This document shows, piece by piece, positions 11,214 to 20,464 of a stretch of 34,776 bases of DNA. This DNA is from a virus (lineage: Duplodnaviria > Heunggongvirae > Uroviricota > Caudoviricetes). The DNA is taken from IMG/VR virus record IMGVR_UViG_3300028991_000022; one strand, 5' to 3'. The notes beneath the pieces were generated by a model, which worked only from the letters and a program-made list of their open reading frames with translations, ran no database searches and was not told where the DNA came from. Numbering within the stretch: the first letter of the stretch is position 1; each line of letters starts with the position of its first letter. The position numbers and the translations under genes were made by a program.

Positions 11214-11912
11214 TTACTGCGAAAGTTTGTTAATGGAAAGGAAGCCGCCAAAGTTGCCGACGTTATTGCGAAACTTACAGCCGCTCAGGCATTTGCTGCA
11301 TTTATCCTTCGTGATATCGGACGTCGGCTGGTCATATTCATCCGCGACTGCCGGACCGTGATAACCGCACTCATCACCGCGATAGGTCCAGGTGCAGGTG
11401 TTGGCCAGCATGATACGTCCCGGAAAAACAGCGCCGTCCGTTTCCGTCGGCGTGGACAGTACAAAAGAGGCACTCACCGCGCTCAGTTCGCTGCACTGCT
11501 CAATGCGCCAGCGGCTGATCACCTCCTGCTCCGGATCGGCGTCACTGTTTCCGTTGACGAAGTTCACCGCATCCAGAAAACGGGCGTAAACCTTACGCCG
11601 GACCACCGTTCCGCCGACCAGACTCTGCAGATCTTCCGCCATCCCGGTGACCATGCCGTGCAGGTTAGAAACCGTCAGTGTCGGACGGGCAGCACTGCCC
11701 TTGCCGTTCAGTTCAAATCCCGTCCCCTGAATGGGGTATACCTGATACTGCCGCCCCTGCCAGATAACCGGCTCACCTTTTTCGTTCTGCTCATTACAGA
11801 AAAAATAACGTTCACCACCGACCTCTGTCAGATCGATTTCCCAGAGCACCACCTGGGCTGACTGAGTGAGGCGTGTCGTCTCATGATGTGTTTCCTGTGG
11901 AATATCCTGCAT
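11214..11912 (-). CDS. L: Minor tail protein L
   Basis: 232-aa ORF, same length as lambda gpL, with the C-terminal Cys cluster (CSKCLSGCKF) of the gpL Fe-S site. Confidence 0.9.
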   Translation of the reverse strand: MQDIPQETHHETTRLTQSAQVVLWEIDLTEVGGERYFFCNEQNEKGEPVIWQGRQYQVYPIQGTGFELNGKGSAARPTLTVSNLHGMVTGMAEDLQSLVGGTVVRRKVYARFLDAVNFVNGNSDADPEQEVISRWRIEQCSELSAVSASFVLSTPTETDGAVFPGRIMLANTCTWTYRGDECGYHGPAVADEYDQPTSDITKDKCSKCLSGCKFRNNVGNFGGFLSINKLSQ

Positions 11913-11921
11913 CAGAGCCTC

Positions 11922-12251
11922 CTATGCCACGACCTGTTCAAAATCTGCCGTTATGGTTACCCACAGCGCCCCCACGCTTGCCGACCATTTACGACAAACC
12001 ACCCTGATCGGTTTCCAGTCATAAGGTGGCGTCCACTGAAATGCACGGACGCCACCGTGCCGTTCCAGAAAGGCTTTTAAAGATGGGTGGTCACATTTAC
12101 GAACACGTATCGTCACGCTGTAAGTCGACAACTGGTTATTCAGTCCCGCCGCACGACGCTGTTCATAACCATCGCCCAGCTTCACTGTCACCACTTTCGG
12201 CTCTGATACCACATTCATATCCGGGCGCACTTTCCAGTGAAACGTCTCCAT
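11922..12251 (-). CDS. M: Minor tail protein M
   Basis: 109-aa ORF, same length and position as lambda gpM, between H and L. Confidence 0.85.
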   Translation of the reverse strand: METFHWKVRPDMNVVSEPKVVTVKLGDGYEQRRAAGLNNQLSTYSVTIRVRKCDHPSLKAFLERHGGVRAFQWTPPYDWKPIRVVCRKWSASVGALWVTITADFEQVVA

Positions 12252-15200
12252 TACCGATATGCTCCACTTAACCGACCACCATCACGGGCCTGCTGTTGCA
12301 TAAAGTCCGCTGCCGCTTTTTTCCCGAGGTCATAAACCGCCTTCAGGGCAGCCGGACCTATCTGCCCGTTCGTGCCATCGTTATTGATCTCGATGTTGTA
12401 CTGCGGGGAAAACATCGCCATACCTGACCCCCCAATATCCGCCACACCCCCCAGCTTACCGTCAGCACCACGACGCAATGGCAGAATGGCTTCAGGTCCC
12501 GCTTCCCCCATCACACCCGCGCCTTTTGCAAAAGCAAAAAACGTCGGACGGTTAACCACCGTGCCACTGTAACGACTCAAATCAGCAGACTGATAAATCC
12601 CCCCATTGGCATTCAGGGAAAGGCTGCTGAGATCAAATCCCAGTACACTGCCAATCCCTTTTATCGATTTCATCATGGTTGCCTGCGCCAGGATTTTCGC
12701 CATATCTGACAGCACAGAAGAGGTGAAGGATTTGAAATTGAGTTTGCCGGTAGTGACAAAAGTTGCCAGGCCATTTCCCATGTTGCTGAAGGCTGACGAG
12801 AACACCTGTTCTGCTGTTTCTGCCGTATTATCTGCATCCACGGTAAAATCCTGAAATGCACGCAGGACTCCGTTTTTCCAGTTACCCTGCACAACTTCAA
12901 GCTGTTGCCAGTAACGGCGATTCTCATTCAGTTGTCGGTTCAGGCTCTCCGTCAGCGCCTGCTCGGCCTTTCTGTAGTCATCCGTGTTATATGTCCCTTT
13001 CTGCTCACTATCCCGCCTCAACTGCTCCAGCTGTTGCTGGTATTTCTGGCGAAGACTCAGTTGTACCTGATATCGCTGTCGCTGCTGATCACCCATACCC
13101 ACCGTGGCGATATCCAGGTCATGTTGCTGACGCTGAGCGCGCTCTTCTTCAGCCAGTTGACTGGTCAGCTGAATTGTTTTTTTCTTCAGCTCGTTGAGTG
13201 CCGTCTGTTTCTGAAGCTCCTGCTGTTTTACATCCAGCAGCGTCAGTGCCTGAATCAGTTCATCTTTACGGGCCAGCACACTCTTTTCATCTGCCGTCAG
13301 TTTTTTCCCGTCCAGGTCGCTGATGCGCTGCTGCAGAGCCAGAAGCTGTTTATGCGCTTCTGTCATCCTTTCCGTGGCAATGCCTGCTGACTGTCTGGCA
13401 GCAGCAATCTGTCCTTCCACCTGTGCCTGTTGCTGACTGTACTGCAGCAATAACCGGGTGGCCTCATCATTACGGGTTTCGCGTGTTTTTTTCTTACCGG
13501 ATGCCAGGGCTTTCTCGTAACGTTCATTTTCACGTTGTATCGCCGCATCCCTGACAGCCTGATCGGCGTACTGCATGGCATTAATACGCGCAATTTCACG
13601 CTGATGTCGTGCTGCTTCCGTTTCATTCATCCGGTTCAGTGCAGCATTTTCAGCATTACGGCGTTTCTGTTGCTCCTGATAATTCCGCTCTGCCTGCTCT
13701 TTTGCATCCTGCAAATCCTTCTGGCGTTTTTTCTCCTGAAGATCGTTAAGACGCTGCTGATCGTATTCAACCTGAGAAGATGATGCCGTCCAGGGGAGTC
13801 TTTTCGCCCGCGACACTTTCTCCTGTAAAGCGGCAATCTGTTCATCCAGCGAGTCTTCACGACCAATATTCATGGCCGCATCCCAGAAACGACTCCACAA
13901 ATCAGACAGATACTTCAGCGTACTGCCAAGCGCATTGAGGTTATTATCAATATCCGCAGTACGCCGACCGGTTTCCTCTGCCAGTGCAGACATGGCTATC
14001 CGTGCAGCATCACTGGACCGCCCCTGCTCCCCAAGGACGCGTATCTGCTCAAGCTGAGTGGCAGTAAGAAAATGCAGCTCATTGTCCAGAGCCTTCGCGG
14101 CATTTACAGGATCATCCTTCAGCCGCTTAAACTGATTTATGGTATCGCTGACCGACTGGCCAACCGATCGCTCCATCTGTGCGGCAACTCTCGCCACCAT
14201 ACCGATATCGTTTCCACGAAATGCACCACTCCCCACCACCTGAGCCAGCGCACCGGCTGCAGCATGTTGCGTGATACCATTCCCGGAAATAGCACGACTG
14301 AGCGTCCACAGCTGCCCGGCAGTGACTCCGGCATAATGCCCCGTCAGCGACAACTGGCGGTTAAATTCTTCCCCCTCCTTCTGACCGTCATACCAGGCTT
14401 TACCCAGACCATAGACGGCCGCGGCAATACCGCCAATAACCCAGCCAAGCATCATGCCTTTCGGTGACATCAGTGTGTCTATCCATCCGGCACGGTTAGC
14501 CAGCGTTATCCCGGATCCCCTCAGCGCCCCTAAATTGCCGCGGGCCAGTTCACCTATCAGAACGCCTATCTCCTGGCGGGCTGCTGCACTTTTCAGACCC
14601 AGCGAATGCGTGGCTTTTCCTGCCTGCTCCATTTTGCGGATATACACATCTGCAGCACTGCTTACCCCCAGCTGGGCTGCCTTAGCACGAAGCAACTCAG
14701 AAGATGAAAGATTCAGGCGGGTTGCCTGCTCTTTAAGCTGACGGATAAACGCCACTTTCTGTCGGGTAGCCTCTTCCTCAGCCTGTGTAAGAACACGGGT
14801 TTTCGCAGTAACCTCAGAAATCAGCGCCAGATAATCCTGCTGACCAATCCCGCCACTGTTTCTGGCCTGTCGGATCTGCTGCTGAATACGCTGTAATTCC
14901 TGCAGCCCCGCACTGGCCTGTTTCACACTGTCAATCTGACGATAAAACGCAGCAGCCGCTTTATCCTGAGCCTCCGCCAGAGCCATGGCCTGCGCCTGTT
15001 CCTCGCGCATTTTCTGACTCAGTGCCTCCATGCGCTGGCGGGTTTTCTCCACCTCGCGGGCCATGCGTTCATGAGCCTGTGCGTTCTTCTCCACCGTCTG
15101 CGTATGGACGGATGCGGCTGTTGCAGCCGAAGAAGCTGCCTGCGTTGTCTGCCGGGCGGCCTGAGTCTGACGCTCCATAAAACGCTGCATACGGGCAGAA

Positions 15201-15346
15201 GACCGTTCTGCATCGCTGGCTGCACCATTCAGAAGGTTTTTGATACGGGGAATTTCATTTTTAAACTCTGCCGCATCAATCCCCAAATCAATGACCAGGT
15301 TGGCTATCTGGTCCATAACGCACACCTCCGGAAATACCTTCCCCAA
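12251..15346 (-). CDS. H: Tail tape measure protein H
   Basis: 1031-aa ORF, coiled-coil/Gln-rich in the N-terminal half with a Gly-rich hydrophobic C-terminal region; follows G/T as in lambda. Start may be the downstream Met (MDQIANL). Confidence 0.9.
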   Translation of the reverse strand: MGKVFPEVCVMDQIANLVIDLGIDAAEFKNEIPRIKNLLNGAASDAERSSARMQRFMERQTQAARQTTQAASSAATAASVHTQTVEKNAQAHERMAREVEKTRQRMEALSQKMREEQAQAMALAEAQDKAAAAFYRQIDSVKQASAGLQELQRIQQQIRQARNSGGIGQQDYLALISEVTAKTRVLTQAEEEATRQKVAFIRQLKEQATRLNLSSSELLRAKAAQLGVSSAADVYIRKMEQAGKATHSLGLKSAAARQEIGVLIGELARGNLGALRGSGITLANRAGWIDTLMSPKGMMLGWVIGGIAAAVYGLGKAWYDGQKEGEEFNRQLSLTGHYAGVTAGQLWTLSRAISGNGITQHAAAGALAQVVGSGAFRGNDIGMVARVAAQMERSVGQSVSDTINQFKRLKDDPVNAAKALDNELHFLTATQLEQIRVLGEQGRSSDAARIAMSALAEETGRRTADIDNNLNALGSTLKYLSDLWSRFWDAAMNIGREDSLDEQIAALQEKVSRAKRLPWTASSSQVEYDQQRLNDLQEKKRQKDLQDAKEQAERNYQEQQKRRNAENAALNRMNETEAARHQREIARINAMQYADQAVRDAAIQRENERYEKALASGKKKTRETRNDEATRLLLQYSQQQAQVEGQIAAARQSAGIATERMTEAHKQLLALQQRISDLDGKKLTADEKSVLARKDELIQALTLLDVKQQELQKQTALNELKKKTIQLTSQLAEEERAQRQQHDLDIATVGMGDQQRQRYQVQLSLRQKYQQQLEQLRRDSEQKGTYNTDDYRKAEQALTESLNRQLNENRRYWQQLEVVQGNWKNGVLRAFQDFTVDADNTAETAEQVFSSAFSNMGNGLATFVTTGKLNFKSFTSSVLSDMAKILAQATMMKSIKGIGSVLGFDLSSLSLNANGGIYQSADLSRYSGTVVNRPTFFAFAKGAGVMGEAGPEAILPLRRGADGKLGGVADIGGSGMAMFSPQYNIEINNDGTNGQIGPAALKAVYDLGKKAAADFMQQQARDGGRLSGAYR

Positions 15347-15650
15347 GATGCATCAGTTCTTCGTCCGTTCGCTCCGGTATCCCGTTCTCTTCCGGTAAAA
15401 GGCTGAAATCAGCCACCGCAGCATCACTGCTGCCGGACACCATTCTCACGATCAATGCCTTCAGCGAGGCAAACTGCGCATCCATCCACACATCACTGAA
15501 GCTCTGCATCCGGAAATAATCACCCCACTCACCAAGCTCAGTGGCCGACATTTCCGACAGCATCCGCCGCCAGTCTGCCCGCCGGAACTCCCGGGCAAGC
15601 CGCATGACAAACTGCATTTCCCGCGTCAGGACTTTTCCGGCGTCAGCACC
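15288..15650 (-). CDS. T: T segment of the G-T tail assembly chaperone (expressed by -1 frameshift from G)
   Basis: ORF in the -1 frame relative to G; its frame is open from 15650, overlapping the last 8 codons of G; sits between G and H. Confidence 0.75.
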   Translation of the reverse strand, partial: GADAGKVLTREMQFVMRLAREFRRADWRRMLSEMSATELGEWGDYFRMQSFSDVWMDAQFASLKALIVRMVSGSSDAAVADFSLLPEENGIPERTDEELMHLGEGISGGVRYGPDSQPGH

Positions 15651-16054
15651 TCATGCTCCAAATCCCCGGCATTCTCAATGGCTCCTATACCGCTCAGCGA
15701 CAGAACCATCTCTGCCCCCGCACCCAGGGCATCATACGACCATGTTGTAATAACGGATGCGTAAAGCGTCTCAACATCCTGAGACTGTTCCGCATTCCAC
15801 AGTGAGCGGGAAACCAGCCAGGCATTGATATCCATCCCCATCCGCAGAAAAGCAATCTGTCGTTCAGCCTCCGGCAGTTCTCCCTCCCCGGCATCAAACT
15901 TTGCCGTTCGCTGCTGAACAAACGTCAGATATTCAATTCTCTGCAGCCCGGACAGCTCACTGAGCACCACGGACTGTTTTTCATAATTAAACGTGTCCTG
16001 TTTCAGAAACATCATGTTCTCCACCTGCAAAAAAGCCCCGAATAACCGGGGCAA
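15626..16054 (-). CDS. G: Tail assembly chaperone G
   Basis: 142-aa ORF (lambda gpG is 140 aa) ending ...LTPEKS; followed by the overlapping -1 frame T ORF. Confidence 0.85.
   Translation of the reverse strand: MPRLFGAFLQVENMMFLKQDTFNYEKQSVVLSELSGLQRIEYLTFVQQRTAKFDAGEGELPEAERQIAFLRMGMDINAWLVSRSLWNAEQSQDVETLYASVITTWSYDALGAGAEMVLSLSGIGAIENAGDLEHEVLTPEKS
15630..15640 (-). other. Candidate programmed -1 ribosomal frameshift site for G-T fusion
   Basis: Minus strand reads ACG CCG GAA AAG TCC TGA in the G frame; heptamer G GAA AAG allows A-site Lys slippage AAG to AAA into the T frame (GGA AAA GTC CTG...). Non-canonical compared with lambda G GGA AAG. Confidence 0.45.
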
Positions 16055-16072
16055 ATGATGAGTATCGTCCTG

Positions 16073-16816
16073 TTAACCTGCTGCGCTGACAGTCACCGCA
16101 GCCACAGCCACAAAATTCCCGTCAGCGGTCATGCCCACAATGCTGACACTGCCCTGCTTCACGCCTTTTACCGTGGCCACAAGTCCGTTCAGGGTAACCG
16201 TGGCAGTCTGTGGATCTGACGAATGCACACTGATCGCTTTGTCACTGGCTCCGTCAGGTTTTACTGTAAAGGTCAGCGTGGTGGTTGCTCCCACTTTTAC
16301 ACTGGCAGACGCCGGTGATACTGTCAGCCCGGTAACGCTCACGGTTTCAGTGCCTTCCTCTGCCAGATACGGACGCCCCACACCGCTGATTTTCACAGTG
16401 CGGGTCATCACGTCTTTTGAGGCAATGGTTTTACCCAGTGAGCTCAGCCAGCCACGGAAAACATCAACAGTGCCGTTGGGATATTTGATACGAAACGCGC
16501 AGACTTCACCGGAGTCGAACAACTGAACCAGTTTTTTCTGCCCGCTGTCACCCGGACGCCAGGCCAGCGTCGCCGAAGTATCACCAACGGATTTCTGCCC
16601 CTGGGTTGTCGTTTTCCAGTCTGCATCTTCATCATCGAGATAAGTGTCATCTTCTGCATCAGCGGTCATTTCGCCAGGTTGCAGATCCTTCACCATCGCA
16701 AGACGCAGCCAGTCAGTGTCCGACAAAGGGTTCGCAAACGCATCGCCGTTGCCGGTATACATCCAGAACGTCGTCCCCGCACCTTTCGTCTTTGCCAGTG
16801 GATTTGGTGTGGTCAT
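16073..16816 (-). CDS. V: Major tail protein V (with C-terminal Ig-like domain)
   Basis: Start at ATG 16814-16816 with a GGAGGT Shine-Dalgarno upstream; MTTPNPLAKTKGAGTTFWMY...; Ig-like C-terminal segment (TVSPASASVKVGATTTLTFTV). Confidence 0.9.
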   Translation of the reverse strand: MTTPNPLAKTKGAGTTFWMYTGNGDAFANPLSDTDWLRLAMVKDLQPGEMTADAEDDTYLDDEDADWKTTTQGQKSVGDTSATLAWRPGDSGQKKLVQLFDSGEVCAFRIKYPNGTVDVFRGWLSSLGKTIASKDVMTRTVKISGVGRPYLAEEGTETVSVTGLTVSPASASVKVGATTTLTFTVKPDGASDKAISVHSSDPQTATVTLNGLVATVKGVKQGSVSIVGMTADGNFVAVAAVTVSAAG

Positions 16817-16826
16817 TACCACCTCC

Positions 16827-17240
16827 TTAATTCGTGTACGTGATCTGGTACGTGATTTCCGCCATCGCCCAGGTGGCCATCTCATTATCACGTTGATAGT
16901 TAAAACCGAGTGGGATCAGGGTGTCGATGAGTCCGGAAAGTGCCGGTATATCATTCAGGGCAGGGAAAATGGTGCTCTCCATCCACATATCCAGCTCTGA
17001 ATCCGGTGCCTGTGCCCGGATGAAGACGGCAATATGCAGAACAGCCTGCCAGTCATCTTCATCCGTCATTTTTCCGGTGTACTGAGCATCACTCAGCCAC
17101 ACCGCCACGGCAGGCAGTTCCTGCGCATCAATAAATGCCGGAAGCCCGTCAAAAAACGTGGCGCTGTCTCCACACTGTTCCCGAAGGCGTGCCAGTACGG
17201 CCTGGCGGATTTGTGTATGTCGGTTCATCGGGTCAGCCAT
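16827..17240 (-). CDS. U: Tail terminator protein U
   Basis: 137-aa ORF between Z and V; size and position as lambda gpU (131 aa). Confidence 0.8.
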   Translation of the reverse strand: MADPMNRHTQIRQAVLARLREQCGDSATFFDGLPAFIDAQELPAVAVWLSDAQYTGKMTDEDDWQAVLHIAVFIRAQAPDSELDMWMESTIFPALNDIPALSGLIDTLIPLGFNYQRDNEMATWAMAEITYQITYTN

Positions 17241-17803
17241 AACCTCAGTTGTTGTTTTAGTGCATACCCCAGCTGTTTCGGCATTTCCGCAGCAATGATG
17301 TGGTCGCGGGCATCTTCAAATGCCTGTGTCAGCGGTCCGGACAGCGGGATTTTCACCACATCAATGGGGTAACGATGTTTGCCATCAATACGTCGCATCA
17401 CATGCCAGCGACCATTCGCCAGTTGCTGAATAAACGCATCCCGGAAAAGATATTTACCCACCTTCAGCACACTGCCACGGTACTGCAGTTTTCCACCACG
17501 CCGGGCCAGTCTGACCCGGGCTGTCCCCAGCTTAATGGCGGGCAGATTGCCCCGGTTAACGCGGATCCTGACCGTCATTTTTCCTGACGGACTGGCTTTA
17601 AACACCAGGACACGCTGACGTACCAGTTTCAGGGGGATCCCTTTCACCTGGTTATCTCCCGCAACGGTATTCCCGGCAACCTGCCGGGTGGCAACCGAGA
17701 CCGCTTTCTGTGCCACACGGTTTATCGCCCATGCGCTGGCCTGTGGCACCATACGGGTATCAAGGCTGTTCAGATTGCGGATGGCATTCTCAAGCCCCTT
17801 CAT
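17225..17803 (-). CDS. Z: Tail completion protein Z
   Basis: 192-aa ORF, same length as lambda gpZ, located between the FII-like gene and U. Confidence 0.8.
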   Translation of the reverse strand: MKGLENAIRNLNSLDTRMVPQASAWAINRVAQKAVSVATRQVAGNTVAGDNQVKGIPLKLVRQRVLVFKASPSGKMTVRIRVNRGNLPAIKLGTARVRLARRGGKLQYRGSVLKVGKYLFRDAFIQQLANGRWHVMRRIDGKHRYPIDVVKIPLSGPLTQAFEDARDHIIAAEMPKQLGYALKQQLRLWLTR

Positions 17804-17814
17804 CCCACACCTCT

Positions 17815-18090
17815 TTACTCAATAAAGATCATTGGCTTACCGTTAAAACGTTCATGCCGTGTGACCGTCCATTGTTGTCCGTCATAAACAACGCGATCCC
17901 CGCGCCGTGGGCGGTATCCCGAAGAAAACACCACCAGAGAGACCGCAAGTCCGGACAGAGCATTCAGCTCTGCCAGTGTTTCTCCCGGGATCACAGTCAT
18001 ATCGACATCATTAATCGAGGCTGTCTTTCCCATCTTTCTGACCGTGATCGCATCCATACGCGCTGCCAGCCGGGAAAAGGGATCAGACAT
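17815..18090 (-). CDS. Head-tail joining protein, FII-like
   Basis: 91-aa ORF; C-terminal RRGDRVVYDGQQWTV resembles the lambda gpFII RRGDTLTIGEENFWV region; sits upstream of Z. Confidence 0.65.
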   Translation of the reverse strand: MSDPFSRLAARMDAITVRKMGKTASINDVDMTVIPGETLAELNALSGLAVSLVVFSSGYRPRRGDRVVYDGQQWTVTRHERFNGKPMIFIE

Positions 18091-18406
18091 TGAGTTTTAC
18101 CGGCACTTCTTCTGCACTGGTTCCGGCATCTGCCCAGACAACCCCGACCAGCGGCTCAGAGCCGCTGTTAGTCAGCTGAACTTTTCCTGACTTCAGATAA
18201 ACCTTCTTACCCGTTTTCATGTCATCCGTTTTCAGCTTAGGCAGCATAAACACACCTTCGGTTATGCCGTCGCCTGTTTCTCCCTGTGGAATATCGGTCA
18301 GCGCCACCGCAAAAACATCCCCCACCTGCACCAGATCTCCGCTGCTGATGGCTGCACTGGCAACAATCGCCACCGTTTTTCCTTCTTCTACAAAATTCTT
18401 TGCCAT
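18083..18406 (-). CDS. Small head protein, DUF2190-like (possible head decoration/cement protein)
   Basis: Start at ATG 18404-18406 (MAKNFVEEGKTVAI...); about 107 aa, Gly/Val-rich, immediately downstream of the capsid gene. Family assigned from memory. Confidence 0.5.
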   Translation of the reverse strand: MAKNFVEEGKTVAIVASAAISSGDLVQVGDVFAVALTDIPQGETGDGITEGVFMLPKLKTDDMKTGKKVYLKSGKVQLTNSGSEPLVGVVWADAGTSAEEVPVKLNV

Positions 18407-18450
18407 AACTGTCTCCGCACAGCCCCGTTCAGGGGCTGATTTCAGGTACA

Positions 18451-18469
18451 AAAAAAGCCCTTACGGGCC
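18451..18469 (-). terminator. Candidate leaky rho-independent terminator downstream of the major capsid gene
   Basis: Minus strand reads GGCCCGTAAGGGC followed by TTTTTTT; the stem is short (4-5 bp). A second hairpin AGCCCC-GTTC-GGGGCT at 18420-18439 lacks a U-tract. Confidence 0.45.
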
Positions 18470-18492
18470 ATCAGAGTTGTTGTCTGCGACGT

Positions 18493-20451
18493 TTACGCCG
18501 TACATTTCACCAGGCCGCGGTGATCAACTGGCGCAACACCAGCGTCAATACGCACTTTCGTTGTCACGCCATCCACACTGAAGCCCTCCATCTGATCAAT
18601 ATATGGCGTATCCACACCGTTGAGATAAGCCACTTCAATCGTATCGGAGCCTTTGGACGCAGCCAGGTAGAAGGTGGTCTGGCTGTTATCATCAAGACGA
18701 GGCTCTGCAATAACGGTCGCAAAATCTTTCACCGGGTTAATAATACCGGCGTTAATGTCAGCCCCCTTGACACTTGAGGAGCGAATGACCTGGTTAGCAA
18801 CAGACTCCATCGCCGTCGGTACCAGTACGAACGCAGGACGAATATTCAGATGACGCTCACCCTCTTTCTGAACGCGCATCAACTGGCGGGCTTTATCCAG
18901 CGATGCCACGTCCATTGCCGCGCTCTCCAGTACGTTTGCATGTTTCGCTTTATCGAACAGACTTACATTATCTGTGGAGATTTTCGGGTTAGACGTCAGA
19001 ATGGCATAAACCAGATCGGCAATAGTGGATTTCGCCGCACGGCCCAGCTTCATCGGGACATCGGTCAGCATATTCAGATCATCATTGATAATGGCCTGAC
19101 GGGTGATACTGAACAGCTCGCCATAGGTCGCCAGTGCAATAGTGGCCTGTTTATCTCCGGTGGTGACGTATTTATATTCTGCCCCTTCACGCACCTGACG
19201 CAGAGCACTGAAGCCCCCCATACCCACACGATGGGCAATTTTAAAATCAGACAACTGACCTTTCCGCGTCCACTGTTCATAGGTTTCAGGGGCATCTTCC
19301 CAGCCCTGCAGAATGGCTTTGTTCGCAACATCCAGCAGAATATTACCGAAGTCAGACGTACTGTGTGTGAACGCCGCACCGACCATCTGCATCGGGTTAT
19401 AACTGGAAACACCAATACCACGTTCAGTCAGTGACATACGGGCATATTCACGCAGGGTCATCCCGTTGTAGACATTATCACGTTCAGTTTTTTCAAACCC
19501 GGCGCGCGCCATCAGCGCCTGGCGGATCCCGTCCCCCACAAAATTACCGTTACCGGCATAAATATGAGCCGGGGTATTTTTATTGGATGGCGTGGACTCG
19601 CGCCCCATCTCGTTCAACAGCTTTTCGCGGGCCTGCTCCAGCGAACATTCAGGATCGGCAAGACACTGAGCCTGCAACGACTGATAACGCCCGCCAAACA
19701 TGGCAAACAGATCATTAATACCGTTTACACGCGCTTTTTGCTCTGCCAGGACCTGCGCACGGATGCTGTTTTCATCCACCACGGGTGCTGCTGCCTGCAC
19801 TGGCGTCCGGGAGGCTGCAGGTCCATCATCCTGTACGCGTGGAGCACTGTTGCGTGGCGGAGTAATCATATTTCGAATGGATTCCGGCATCTTTTTAAAT
19901 TCCTCTGTACGTTTTGACTGAATACATGCCATTGCCTTAACGGCTGGTGTCACCTGATCAGCAAATCCCTGTGCCAGACATTCGGCACCGGACATCCAGG
20001 TCTCATCCGCCAGCATGGCAGCAATTTCATCGGTGGTTTTCCCGGTTTTCTGTGCATAAGCGGGTAACAGAACCGCCTCAACTTTATCGAGCAGGTCGGC
20101 ATAGGTGCGCATGTCCTCCGCATCACCGCCCGTAAAGCCAAATGGTTTATGAATCATCATGAAGGAGTTTTCCGGCATAATGACCGGGTTTCCCACCATC
20201 GCAATGACCGACGCCATTGACGCCGCCACACCGTCGACATAAACGGTAATGGACGCACCATGTGTTTTCAGTGCATTAAAAATGGCGATGCCTTCAAAGA
20301 CATCGCCACCCGGTGAATTAATATGGAGATTAATGTGGGTGATATCGCCCAGTGCATTCAGATCACTGATAAACTGCTTCGCCGTAACACCCCAGAAACC
20401 AATCTCGTCATAAATATAAATATCCGCGTCACTCTGGTGACCTGCCTGCAT
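18493..20451 (-). CDS. Head maturation protease (ClpP/S49-like) fused to an HK97-fold major capsid protein
   Basis: 652 aa from ATG 20449-20451 (MQAGHQSDADIYIYDEIGFWGV...). N-terminal part has a ClpP/SppA-like motif region (INSPGGDVFEGIAIFNALK...ASMASVIAMVG); the C-terminal roughly 350 aa is a capsid-like domain. The longer ORF start at 20712 would overlap the portal gene. Confidence 0.8.
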   Translation of the reverse strand: MQAGHQSDADIYIYDEIGFWGVTAKQFISDLNALGDITHINLHINSPGGDVFEGIAIFNALKTHGASITVYVDGVAASMASVIAMVGNPVIMPENSFMMIHKPFGFTGGDAEDMRTYADLLDKVEAVLLPAYAQKTGKTTDEIAAMLADETWMSGAECLAQGFADQVTPAVKAMACIQSKRTEEFKKMPESIRNMITPPRNSAPRVQDDGPAASRTPVQAAAPVVDENSIRAQVLAEQKARVNGINDLFAMFGGRYQSLQAQCLADPECSLEQAREKLLNEMGRESTPSNKNTPAHIYAGNGNFVGDGIRQALMARAGFEKTERDNVYNGMTLREYARMSLTERGIGVSSYNPMQMVGAAFTHSTSDFGNILLDVANKAILQGWEDAPETYEQWTRKGQLSDFKIAHRVGMGGFSALRQVREGAEYKYVTTGDKQATIALATYGELFSITRQAIINDDLNMLTDVPMKLGRAAKSTIADLVYAILTSNPKISTDNVSLFDKAKHANVLESAAMDVASLDKARQLMRVQKEGERHLNIRPAFVLVPTAMESVANQVIRSSSVKGADINAGIINPVKDFATVIAEPRLDDNSQTTFYLAASKGSDTIEVAYLNGVDTPYIDQMEGFSVDGVTTKVRIDAGVAPVDHRGLVKCTA

Positions 20452-20464
20452 CCTGAACCAGGAA

